DNA of 56,869 nt from an uncultured Clostridia bacterium (GCA_944392445.1 CALXWT010000003.1:1-56869); one strand, 5' to 3'. Counted from the first letter of the stretch, positions 46,980 to 55,725 are shown. Numbers and translations are program-made. The notes: generated from the letters alone by a model not told the origin.

Positions 46980-47867
46980 ATGGACGGAATTATACTAATA
47001 AATAAAGAGAAAAACTGTACCTCAAATAATGTTGTAAATAAAGTAAAACATATTCTAAATGAAAAAACCGGACATATAGGAACTTTAGATCCAAATGCAA
47101 CAGGTCTCTTGCCAATCTTAGTAGGAAAAGGAACAAAACTATCACAATATTTAATAAATCACGATAAAGAATATGAAGTAGAACTAAAATTAGGTATCAA
47201 AACAGATACAGCAGATTTAGAGGGAAAAATAATAGAAGAGAAAGAAGTGGCAGATAATCTCTTAGAAAAAGAAAAAGTTTTAGATGTACTAAATGGATTT
47301 ATAGGGAAGCAGAAGCAAGTACCGCCAATGTATTCTGCTATAAAAGTAAACGGTAAAAAACTATATGAGTATGCAAGAAAAAATGTCCAAATAGAACTAG
47401 AAGCAAGAGAAATAGAAATTTACGAAATTAAATTGGGAACAATTAACCAAAAAGAGAATATAATTACTTTTACGGTGCATTGTTCTAAAGGTACATATAT
47501 AAGAAGTCTATGTGAAGATATTGCACAAAGACTTGGAACAATAGGATATATGAAAGAATTAAATAGAACCAAGGTTGGAATATTTAATATAGAGAATAGT
47601 ATAAGCGTAGAGGAGCTAGAGCAAAACAAAAATAATCCAGAGGAGTTAAATAAATACATAATACCGATAGAAAGAATATTTATAAATATATATGGGAATA
47701 ATAATTGCATAAGTTTAAATGACAGAAAATTAGGGTTGTTTTCTAATGGAGTTAAATTAACTTATGGCTTGTCAGAAGGATTATACAGAATATATAATAG
47801 CAAAGGTGTATTTATTGGAATTGGTAGTGTAAAAGATAAAACATTGAAAAGAGAGATTGTGCTATAA
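46980..47867 (+). CDS. truB: tRNA pseudouridine(55) synthase
   Basis: MDGIILINKEKNCTSNNVV...GHIGTLDPNATGLLPILVG is canonical TruB. The ATG at 46980 follows GGAAGGA. The upstream extension in the ORF track reads through the hairpin. Confidence 0.9.
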   Translation: MDGIILINKEKNCTSNNVVNKVKHILNEKTGHIGTLDPNATGLLPILVGKGTKLSQYLINHDKEYEVELKLGIKTDTADLEGKIIEEKEVADNLLEKEKVLDVLNGFIGKQKQVPPMYSAIKVNGKKLYEYARKNVQIELEAREIEIYEIKLGTINQKENIITFTVHCSKGTYIRSLCEDIAQRLGTIGYMKELNRTKVGIFNIENSISVEELEQNKNNPEELNKYIIPIERIFINIYGNNNCISLNDRKLGLFSNGVKLTYGLSEGLYRIYNSKGVFIGIGSVKDKTLKREIVL

Positions 47868-47973
47868 AACTACAACTCATAGTTACATAAAAAAATACAT
47901 TGATAGTGAAGATTGAAAAAAATGAATTGTAAATATTTTGTGTGAACATCTTGTAAAAAAACAAAAAAGTACT

Positions 47974-48002
47974 TGAAAAAGATTTGTTAGTGTGGTATCA
48001 TA
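47974..48002 (+). promoter_or_regulatory. Promoter of the candidate small RNA
   Basis: TTGAAA (47974-47979), 17-nt spacer ending in a TGg extended -10, TATCAT (47997-48002). Confidence 0.5.
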
Positions 48003-48008
48003 TAAGTA

Positions 48009-48226
48009 CATTAAAGATAAAGTAAATATTTTAATTCCCTGCGTAGTGCGTGTAGACTGGAATTTTAGAACCAACAATAGATTAAAGGGAGTCCGCCTTT
48101 GGATGTGGCGTGTAAGCTTACATTTTTCAATAGTAAGAAACCCAGGAGCATTCAACAAGACACCCACCTGTGAAAACAGGCTCTTAAAATTTCATTCATC
48201 TTGCGGCTAATGTGGGGTATTTTTTG
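48009..48226 (+). ncRNA. Candidate structured small RNA, 6S (SsrS)-like
   Basis: A GC-enriched ~215-nt stretch lies in an otherwise AT-rich 460-nt gap with its own promoter. The 5' segment UUCCCUGCG..CUGGAAUUUUAGAAC can pair with the 3' segment GCUCUUAAAAUUUC..UUGCGG..GGGG. It ends in a T-run. The only ORFs here are mutually overlapping and lack an SD. Confidence 0.45.
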
Positions 48227-48326
48227 TATATAAAGAATAAAAAAATTGGCATTTGGAACCGAAATAAAAGTTTATAGAATAAAAAAAGAAGTAGTATATG
48301 AATAAATGTTTTAGGAGAATAAAAAA

Positions 48327-49193
48327 TTGGACATACAAAAATTAAGAAATTTTGGAAGAAAAAAGTTAATAGAAAATAATGTAGAAGATTCTAATTTTAA
48401 ATCAGAGATACTACTACAGTATATACTAAATATGGATAAAACTGAACTCATAATAAATAGTAAAAAAGAAGTTCAACATGACTTAGAACAAAGATATATA
48501 TCATATTTAGATAAAATAATAGAAGGAAAGCCAATACAATATATTACACATAAACAAGAATTTATGGGCTTATATTATTATGTTGACGAAAATGTTCTAA
48601 TACCTCAGCCTGATACTGAAATATTGGTAGAGAAAACAATAAGAATAGTAACTGCAAATAACAAACTGCTAAGTCAAAATATAAAAATTCTAGATTTGTG
48701 CACAGGAAGTGGAGCAATAGCAGTTTCTTTAGAGAATTACTTGCAAAACAAATGCAACATAGAAATATATGCATCAGATATAAGTGAAAAAGCAATAGAT
48801 GTAGCTAAAAGAAATGCTAAAGAAAATAATGCAAAAGTAAAATTTATAATATCAGATATGTTTCAAAATATTGAAGAAAATAACTTTGATATTATAGTGT
48901 CAAATCCACCATATATAGAAAAAGCGACAATAACCACGTTATCAAAAGAGGTGCAAAATGAACCACATCTAGCCTTAGATGGAGGAATAGATGGATTAGA
49001 TTTCTATAGAATAATAGCGAAAGAAGGCTATAAACACCTAAAGAGTGGAGGATACATATTAGTAGAAATAGGATACAATCAAAAAGAAAGTGTAAGTAAC
49101 ATTTTTAAAGAATATGTTGATAAATATATAGAAATAAAATGCGTTAAAGATTTAAATGGACAAGATAGAGTTATTGAAGTAAAAAGGAGGTAG
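48327..49193 (+). CDS. prmC: Peptide chain release factor N5-glutamine methyltransferase
   Basis: ILDLCTGSGAIAV (SAM motif) and IIVSNPPYI (NPPY). TTG start lies after AGGAG. Confidence 0.9.
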   Translation: MDIQKLRNFGRKKLIENNVEDSNFKSEILLQYILNMDKTELIINSKKEVQHDLEQRYISYLDKIIEGKPIQYITHKQEFMGLYYYVDENVLIPQPDTEILVEKTIRIVTANNKLLSQNIKILDLCTGSGAIAVSLENYLQNKCNIEIYASDISEKAIDVAKRNAKENNAKVKFIISDMFQNIEENNFDIIVSNPPYIEKATITTLSKEVQNEPHLALDGGIDGLDFYRIIAKEGYKHLKSGGYILVEIGYNQKESVSNIFKEYVDKYIEIKCVKDLNGQDRVIEVKRR

Positions 49194-49195
49194 TA

Positions 49196-50161
49196 ATGTC
49201 ATTTTCTACGGATGTTAAAGAAGAACTAAGTAAATTATCTAATTTAGCTAATAAAAATTGTGTAAAAGCAGAAATGTATGGATACTTGAATAGTAATAAT
49301 GTGTCTGCTACATTAGCTTCTACATTAGCTTCTACAAGTACAGGAAAATCTTGTATAAAATTTTCTACAGAGAGCGAGTACAACATAAATAGATTTGCAA
49401 AATTGCTAAATAATTTAAGTATACAAAAGTATAACATTGATATTGTAGGAAAGAATTTTACAATAACAATACAAAAAGAGCAAAGTATATTTATTAAATA
49501 TATGTTTGAAGAATATAAAATAGAAGCAAATGAAAACGAAGAAAAGGCATTTGTGAGGGGGACTTTTTTAGGAGGAGGAACAATAAACAACCCTAAAAAT
49601 AAGTACCATATAGAAATTGCATTAAAAGGAGAAAATGTAGCAAAAGAAGTTATAAACATATTAGAAAAATATGGTATAAACTTTAAAATGCTAAACACAG
49701 AAAAAGTACAGAAAGCAGAAAAAACAGAAAAGGTAGAAAAAACAGAAAAAGAAATAGAATTAGCTAAATCAAAAAAAGCATCAAAATGCATAATATATTC
49801 GAAAGATGGAGAAGAAATATCTAAATTCTTGGCATTTGTAGGTGCAAGTAATTCTGTGCTTAAATTTGAAGATATTAGAGTTTATAGAAATATGAGAAAT
49901 AATGTTAATAGAATAGTAAACTGCGAAACAGCAAACTTATCAAAAACAGTAGGCGCAGCAGTAAAACAAATAGAAGCAATAAACAAATTAAAGAAGGAAG
50001 GAAAATTCAACAAACTGCCAGACAACTTAAAAGAAATAGCAGAACTAAGAATAAAAAATCCAGAAGCATCTTTAACAGAACTAGGCAAAATGTTAACAGA
50101 ACCAGTAGGAAAATCTGGTGTGAATTATAGACTACAAACAATAGTAAAAATGTCATCTTAG
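49196..50161 (+). CDS. whiA: DNA-binding sporulation/cell-division regulator WhiA
   Basis: MSFSTDVKEELSKL...FVRGTFLGGGTINNPKNKYHIEI... and a C-terminal HTH (ELRIKNPEASLTELGKML.EPVGKSGVNYRL). Confidence 0.9.
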   Translation: MSFSTDVKEELSKLSNLANKNCVKAEMYGYLNSNNVSATLASTLASTSTGKSCIKFSTESEYNINRFAKLLNNLSIQKYNIDIVGKNFTITIQKEQSIFIKYMFEEYKIEANENEEKAFVRGTFLGGGTINNPKNKYHIEIALKGENVAKEVINILEKYGINFKMLNTEKVQKAEKTEKVEKTEKEIELAKSKKASKCIIYSKDGEEISKFLAFVGASNSVLKFEDIRVYRNMRNNVNRIVNCETANLSKTVGAAVKQIEAINKLKKEGKFNKLPDNLKEIAELRIKNPEASLTELGKMLTEPVGKSGVNYRLQTIVKMSS

Positions 50162-50167
50162 GGATTT

Positions 50168-50224
50168 TGTCGGGTTTGGGGACAGGCTCTTTTACGACAA
50201 AGATGTCGGGTTTGGGGACAGGTC
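50168..50224 (-). repeat. Inverted-orientation copies of the 32-nt CCTGTCCC hairpin repeat (one full, one truncated)
   Basis: The reverse complement of 50168-50199 differs from 30079-30110 at one position. A second copy at 50204-50224 is truncated. Confidence 0.9.
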
Positions 50225-50289
50225 TAAATGAAACAGGTCAATCATCAATTAGGGCAGCTCTTCAAAATTATAAAAGATAATTTGTGCAA

Positions 50290-50340
50290 CCTGTACCCAT
50301 AAGTGCCAAATGGCATTTTGGTGCCAGGCACAAAGGTGCC
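50290..50340 (+). promoter_or_regulatory. Conserved leader element abutting the hemW SD (paralogous to 28271-28328)
   Basis: CCTGTACCCATAAGTGCCAAATGGC...GTGCCAGGCACAAAGGTGCCAAA, followed directly by AAGGAG. Confidence 0.5.
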
Positions 50341-50354
50341 AAAAAGGAGTAGAA

Positions 50355-51674
50355 ATGGGAACAAAGAATATTGGAATTTATGTGCACATACCATTTTGTA
50401 AGAAAAAATGTGAGTATTGTGATTTTAAATCATACACAGGAAAAGAAAGCTTAATTGAACAGTATATAAAATGGGTTAAATACGAATTACAGGAAGTAGG
50501 AGAAGGCAATAGAAAGGACTATGAAGAGGGCAGAGACGATTTAGTAATAGTAAAAAGTATATACATAGGTGGTGGAACTCCATCAATTATACCATCTAAA
50601 TATATTTCTGAAATTCTAGAAACTATAAAACAATATTTTGTATTAGGTGATATAGATAATTTAGAAAAAAATAATATTATGAATGATGAGCTTATAAAAC
50701 AATTATTCAATCATCAAAGTATTGATAATACAAATAACAATATTGCAAATTTAGCTAATAATATAAAAACTACTGAAGATGTTGCAAATAAAATTGGAAA
50801 TACAGAGATTACAATTGAAGTGAACCCTGGTACAGTAGACGAAGCAAAATTAAAAGAATATAAGAAATGTGGAATAAATAGATTAAGCATCGGGCTACAA
50901 TCAACTAACGATAGAATTTTAAAAACTCTTGGAAGAATACATACATATACCGATTTTTTAAATACATATAATACTGCTAGAAAAATTGGATTTGAAAATA
51001 TAAATGTGGATTTAATGTTAGGAATTCCTAATCAAACTATAGAAGATGTAGAAGAAAGTATAAACAATATTATTAAGCTGTCACCAGAGCATATTTCAAC
51101 ATATTCGCTAATTTTAGAAGAAGGAACTCCTCTTTATAATAAACTAGAAGCAAATGAAATTACACTGCCAAGTGACGAGATAGAAAGAAAAATGTATTGG
51201 CTAGTAAAAACAAAACTAGAAGAGGCGGGATATACACATTATGAAATATCTAATTTCGCAAAAAAAGGATATGAATCTAAGCATAATTTAGCTTGTTGGA
51301 ACCAAGAAGAGTACATTGGAATAGGCGCAGCAGCACATTCATATACAAATACTGTAAGATATTCTAATGCAGATACAATAGAAGAATATATAAACAATTA
51401 TGAAACAGGAAATGAAGTAGATAATATTATATTTCACGAAAAACAAAATAAAACTAGCAAGATGCAAGAATTTATGTTACTAGGACTACGCAAGATTGAT
51501 GGTGTTCATATACAGGATTTTAAGAATAAGTTTGGAGAAAATCCAATATTTTTATATAGGAAAGAACTTGAAAAACTAGTAAATGAAAATTTAGTAGAAA
51601 TAGACGGAGATACAATCAAACTAACAAATCAAGGTTTAGATTTAGCGAATTTGGTTTGGGAAGAGTTTGTGTAA
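50355..51674 (+). CDS. hemW: Radical SAM heme chaperone HemW (HemN-like)
   Basis: IYVHIPFCKKKCEYCDF radical-SAM motif. The ATG at 50355 lies 5 nt after AAGGAG. An Asn-rich low-complexity insert is present. Confidence 0.85.
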   Translation: MGTKNIGIYVHIPFCKKKCEYCDFKSYTGKESLIEQYIKWVKYELQEVGEGNRKDYEEGRDDLVIVKSIYIGGGTPSIIPSKYISEILETIKQYFVLGDIDNLEKNNIMNDELIKQLFNHQSIDNTNNNIANLANNIKTTEDVANKIGNTEITIEVNPGTVDEAKLKEYKKCGINRLSIGLQSTNDRILKTLGRIHTYTDFLNTYNTARKIGFENINVDLMLGIPNQTIEDVEESINNIIKLSPEHISTYSLILEEGTPLYNKLEANEITLPSDEIERKMYWLVKTKLEEAGYTHYEISNFAKKGYESKHNLACWNQEEYIGIGAAAHSYTNTVRYSNADTIEEYINNYETGNEVDNIIFHEKQNKTSKMQEFMLLGLRKIDGVHIQDFKNKFGENPIFLYRKELEKLVNENLVEIDGDTIKLTNQGLDLANLVWEEFV

Positions 51675-51766
51675 GATATGATAGCACAAAAAAAGTTATC
51701 CACAAAAAATCAAAAAATGTGGATAACTTTTTTTGCTCAAATATAATTCTGAAAAGCTTAAGCACA

Positions 51767-52507
51767 TTACTCAGTTGCCAATAATTCGCTTAAATCATCA
51801 TAATACTCATCTAAACTATTAATCAAACTATCTGCATCTGTTTCAGAAAGATAGTTATATTCTACCATAGAAGAAATTACTTTCTCCTGACGGTCTCTTG
51901 TTAAATCTGGATTGGCGGTAGGAGCATATACACTAGGTGCATTTGGAATACCAGCCATCATAGTGCAATCTGCTAGAGTCATCTCAGTAGCATCCTTGTT
52001 TAAATATCCCTGACAAGCTTCTTCAATTCCGTAATAGCCATCTCCAAAGTAAATTGTATTTACATATAATTCCAAAATATCGTTCTTAGTATAGTTATTT
52101 TCTAAATCGAATGCAGTAAGTACTTCAGCCGATTTTCTTACAACAGGATTATCTTCAGTTATATAAAAAATATTTTTAGCAACTTGTTGAGTTATTGTGC
52201 TTCCGCCCTCACGAAGAGAAAAGGTACTTATATTAACATATATTGCCCTTGCAATTGCAACTAAATCTATTGCACCATGTTCTCTAAATCTATGATCTTC
52301 TACCGCAATTACAGCATTTATATAATTCTGAGGTAAATCCTCGTATTCTATATAATTAGGATCCGATTGTATTTCTTCTATTACATCTTCTAATGTACTT
52401 CCTGCTAGAGCATTCTTATACATGTTATCTCCTGCAATGTATAAAGTAAGTCCAACTATTAGAATAATTGCTAGAATAATTATTAGTACGTTTCTTAAAA
52501 TTTTCAA
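51767..52507 (-). CDS. Monofunctional peptidoglycan glycosyltransferase (GT51)
   Basis: Signal anchor, then AVIAVEDHRFREHGAID and GGSTITQQVAKN motifs. No transpeptidase domain. Confidence 0.85.
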   Translation of the reverse strand: MKILRNVLIIILAIILIVGLTLYIAGDNMYKNALAGSTLEDVIEEIQSDPNYIEYEDLPQNYINAVIAVEDHRFREHGAIDLVAIARAIYVNISTFSLREGGSTITQQVAKNIFYITEDNPVVRKSAEVLTAFDLENNYTKNDILELYVNTIYFGDGYYGIEEACQGYLNKDATEMTLADCTMMAGIPNAPSVYAPTANPDLTRDRQEKVISSMVEYNYLSETDADSLINSLDEYYDDLSELLATE

Positions 52508-52583
52508 ATGCTACCACCTCAATAAAATTATAACATAAATATTAAAGCAAAGCTATTAACATTTTCTTAAATAATTAGATGTA

Positions 52584-53975
52584 CTAATTTACTTCTTGCT
52601 CAACAAGCATAGGCCCTATATTTGTAACTGTTCCTGCTCCTAAAGTAAGGACAATATCGCCTGGCTTTGCATTCTCTTTTACGTATTTTACAATTTTGTC
52701 AAAATCTTGAATATATAAAGCTTTACGACCTAAAGAGGTAATTCTATCTACTAAATCCTTAGAAGATATATTGTAAGTATTGCTTTCTCTAGCTGCATAA
52801 ATATCTGTAACTATTATGTTATCAAAATTTATTAGAGCTTTTGCAAAATCGTTTAGTAAATTTTTAGTTCTACTATATGTATGAGGTTGAAAAATTACCC
52901 AAGATTTATTGTATTTTTTTTGCTTTAAAGCATTTGAAGTAGCGATAATTTCAGTAGGATGATGGCCATAATCATCATAGACATTTACATCATTGAAACT
53001 ACCTTTATACTCAAACCTTCTATGTGCACCTGTATATTTTAATAATGCATTTTTTATATCTTCCCTTTCCAAACCGTAATTATAACATACTGCAATACAA
53101 GCAAGTGCGTTCATAACATTATGCATTCCAGGAATAGACAATGTTATTGTTTTATAGAATGTATTGTTATAATATACATCAAAAGTAGGAAATCCGTTAT
53201 TATTAAAAACAATATTTCTAGCAACAAAATTTGCATTTTCATTTTTGATGCCATATGTTAATACTTTAGCATTAGTATATTTGGCAATCTTTCTGCAATT
53301 ATCATCGTCCCAGTTTATAACTAAAAGTCCATCATCGGGTATAAGCTTTATGTAATTACTAAATGATGTAACAATATTTTCTAAGCTTCCAAAATAATCT
53401 AAATGATCATTGTCTATGTTTAAAATAACTTCAACTTTTGGAAATAGTTTTAAATAACTTTCTACATATTCACAAGCTTCTATTATAAAGTAGTCACTTT
53501 TTCCAACTCTATAATTTGCATCTAATTGTTTTAAATAAGCACCTACTTGGATAGAGGGATCTTTTCCAGCTTCCAAAAAACATAACGAAATCATAGAAGT
53601 TGTAGTTGTTTTTCCATGTGTACCAGAAATACAAATAGTATTTTTAAAGGATTTTGTTAGTATTCCTAAAAAAGTACCTCTTTCTATCATAGGAATATTT
53701 AATTCTTTAGCTCTAACTAATTCTACATCGTCTTTTTTTATAGCAGCACTAAAAACAACTAAATTAGCTTTTTCCAAGTTCTCTAAATCATGACCTATTT
53801 TAACAGGAATATGGTTTTTTATAAGTCTATCTGTATTCTCTGATTGAGAAGCATCAGAACCTGTAACTATAAAGCCACAAGCATGTAAAATTTCTGCAAT
53901 ACCGCTCATGCTTACTCCACCAATTCCTATAAGGTGTATGTGTTTATATGGTTTTAAATCTTCAATTTCTATCAT
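52584..53975 (-). CDS. murC: UDP-N-acetylmuramate--L-alanine ligase
   Basis: HLIGIGGVSMSGIAE, ISGTHGKTTTTSM. The ATG at 53975 lies 9 nt after GGGAG. Confidence 0.95.
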   Translation of the reverse strand: MIEIEDLKPYKHIHLIGIGGVSMSGIAEILHACGFIVTGSDASQSENTDRLIKNHIPVKIGHDLENLEKANLVVFSAAIKKDDVELVRAKELNIPMIERGTFLGILTKSFKNTICISGTHGKTTTTSMISLCFLEAGKDPSIQVGAYLKQLDANYRVGKSDYFIIEACEYVESYLKLFPKVEVILNIDNDHLDYFGSLENIVTSFSNYIKLIPDDGLLVINWDDDNCRKIAKYTNAKVLTYGIKNENANFVARNIVFNNNGFPTFDVYYNNTFYKTITLSIPGMHNVMNALACIAVCYNYGLEREDIKNALLKYTGAHRRFEYKGSFNDVNVYDDYGHHPTEIIATSNALKQKKYNKSWVIFQPHTYSRTKNLLNDFAKALINFDNIIVTDIYAARESNTYNISSKDLVDRITSLGRKALYIQDFDKIVKYVKENAKPGDIVLTLGAGTVTNIGPMLVEQEVN

Positions 53976-54218
53976 TTTGAACACTCCCTATACTTATATA
54001 AAGCCTAAATCATACCTATTATATACTTTTTTTTGAATATTTTCAATATAGTATATGATAAAAGTGGGATTTTGTGAAATAAATAATTTGTAGAAAAATA
54101 TAAAAAATAGAAGGAAAAAAAATGTTTTTGGAGAATAATATAGTAGTACATAGAAAATAGTCACAAATGACAACTAATGTACAAATATTTTTAAAACTTT
54201 AAGAAAGAGGTGCGCAAT

Positions 54219-54494
54219 ATGCAAATAACAGATGTACGTTTAAGAAAAGTAAATTCAGAGAACAGAATGAAAGCTGTTGCTTCTGTAACATTCGATAATG
54301 AGTTCGTTGTACACGACATAAAAGTTATCGAGAGCCAAGATGGATTATTTATAGCTATGCCTAGCAGAAAAACTCCAAACGGAGAATTCAAAGATATAGC
54401 TCATCCAATAAATCCAGAGACAAGAGAGAAAATTCAAAAAGCTATATTAGAAGCTTATGAAGCTCCTGAAGCTGAAAACAATTCAGCAGAATAA
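54219..54494 (+). CDS. spoVG: Septation/sporulation regulator SpoVG
   Basis: [38 protein letters not shown]...[23 protein letters not shown] is canonical SpoVG. Confidence 0.95.
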   Translation: MQITDVRLRKVNSENRMKAVASVTFDNEFVVHDIKVIESQDGLFIAMPSRKTPNGEFKDIAHPINPETREKIQKAILEAYEAPEAENNSAE

Positions 54495-54512
54495 TAAATA
54501 TAAAAATTAGAG

Positions 54513-54542
54513 CCACCATACTATGAAAGTATGGTGGTTTTT
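54513..54542 (+). terminator. spoVG intrinsic terminator (left edge of the GC-rich island)
   Basis: CCACCATAC-TATGAAA-GTATGGTGG followed by TTTTT. Confidence 0.8.
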
Positions 54543-54581
54543 CGGGCGCTTAAACTAATAAGCTACCGGGTGAACAGAGAT

Positions 54582-55064
54582 TCAGCTGAGGACCTTAAAC
54601 AGGTTGTCGACAGCCATAGACAAGGCCAATACCTTTGTCTCAAAAATGACGGTTAATATGGCTTTCGCCTTTGGGTACTTCCCCTCATTTTCGAGGGTGA
54701 TTTCGGTAATTCCGATTCGGAAGATGCACTTCCGGCTTCTTCGAGCTCCCACCACTGATGAGAGCATGTTGAATTTCGTCGCGAACAGGCTGATTTGCTT
54801 TCTCTCCCTAACAGTAGGAAGTTTCAAGTTGTTACATAACATTCTGACAGGTATTGATGCCTTTTTTAGCTTTTCGTCAGCCGTGCTGAGAAACGGATAG
54901 AACGTCAAACGTTCTTCACCTTTTGTGGTGGTTTCAAACTTGACCATGTAATTGGCCAAGTTGCAGAGCTCTACATCGGATTTGGAGAGTTCGGAGATGA
55001 AACTCCGAAAACTCCGAGGAACGTCACGATACAAGGGTAGCTCAATTTTGTAAGTTTCACTCAT
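54582..55064 (-). CDS. Orphan protein, 160 aa, GC-rich island gene 2 (no family recognised)
   Basis: ATG at 55064 with GAGGT 8 nt upstream. Hand counts give 25, 30 and 30 G+C per 60 nt at 54601-54780. I found no TM segment or catalytic motif. Confidence 0.7.
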   Translation of the reverse strand: MSETYKIELPLYRDVPRSFRSFISELSKSDVELCNLANYMVKFETTTKGEERLTFYPFLSTADEKLKKASIPVRMLCNNLKLPTVRERKQISLFATKFNMLSSVVGARRSRKCIFRIGITEITLENEGKYPKAKAILTVIFETKVLALSMAVDNLFKVLS

Positions 55065-55134
55065 TTTGTTTTACCTCGTTTCCTTGTTTGTTGTTTCTGT
55101 TCACGTTACAACTATAAAAATATAGCATACATAT

Positions 55135-55163
55135 ATTATACTACTAAAAGGGGAAAAAGGCAA
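55135..55163 (-). promoter_or_regulatory. Promoter of the 160-aa island gene
   Basis: On the minus strand: TTGCCT (55163-55158), 17-nt spacer, TATAAT (55140-55135), followed by a ~65-nt leader. Confidence 0.55.
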
Positions 55164-55235
55164 ATTACAGGGCTTTTAGACAAATTTTATTTGATGTGAA
55201 TTTAGCTTTATAGATAGAAAACGGATATAAAAGAA

Positions 55236-55261
55236 GGCAGGCGCAGAAACCTGCACCTGCC
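55236..55261 (-). terminator. Intrinsic terminator between the two island genes
   Basis: On the minus strand: GGCAGGTGCAG-GTTT-CTGCGCCTGCC (one G-U pair), then TTCTTTTAT. It lies 10 nt after the 104-aa gene stop. Confidence 0.75.
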
Positions 55262-55270
55262 AAGACAGAG

Positions 55271-55585
55271 TTAGCCGTTATACAATGTCCTGAAGAGGAT
55301 GATATCCTCATCTTTCTCCAAGTACATCTGCATTCTCTGCGTAATGGCGACAGAGTCGTTATCTACGTAGAGTGGGCAGTCGTTCCCAATCAGCTTCCTG
55401 GTCAAATCAATGATCTCAGTGAGGTCACGCCAAATGACCTTGTTAAGGAATTCCTTAACCTGCCAAGACCTAGTACCGTCCTGTTTAGTAGTGTGGTACT
55501 TTTCGAGGACTACACCAGTGCTAGTTTCCCGCAATAGGTAACCTTCAGGGGTTTCACGGCAAGAGATGAATGTTACGTTTTTCAT
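55271..55585 (-). CDS. Orphan protein, 104 aa, GC-rich island gene 1 (no family recognised)
   Basis: ATG at 55585 with AGGAG 6 nt upstream. Hand count gives 29 G+C per 60 nt at 55321-55380. Soluble, with no motif recognised. Confidence 0.7.
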   Translation of the reverse strand: MKNVTFISCRETPEGYLLRETSTGVVLEKYHTTKQDGTRSWQVKEFLNKVIWRDLTEIIDLTRKLIGNDCPLYVDNDSVAITQRMQMYLEKDEDIILFRTLYNG

Positions 55586-55622
55586 AATGTACTCCTTTTC
55601 TGTCTTTTATAAATACATAAAA

Positions 55623-55651
55623 AATATACTCTGTTAATCGTATTATGTCAA
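55623..55651 (-). promoter_or_regulatory. Promoter of the 104-aa island gene
   Basis: On the minus strand: TTGACA (55651-55646), 17-nt spacer, TATATT (55628-55623). Confidence 0.6.
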
Positions 55652-55688
55652 ACAAAAAAAGTAATGGAGCAGAAAATATCTGCCCCAT
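55652..55688 (-). terminator. asnS intrinsic terminator
   Basis: On the minus strand: ATGGGGCAG-ATATTTT-CTGCTCCAT, then TACTTTTTTTG. It is preceded by an (AT)7 run at 55699-55712. Confidence 0.7.
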
Positions 55689-55725
55689 ACTATAAATTAT
55701 ATATATATATATCAAATTTTTAACA

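Noticed and set aside
47883-48210. ORFs of 94 aa (minus strand) and 72 aa (plus strand) between truB and prmC
   Set aside because: They overlap each other, lack an SD, and coincide with a GC-enriched, self-complementary region behind its own promoter. I interpret the region as an RNA gene candidate instead.
54604-54900. 98-aa plus-strand ORF inside the GC-rich island
   Set aside because: It is antisense to the better-supported 160-aa gene, which has a promoter, an SD and a full-length frame. The plus-strand ORF has no SD.
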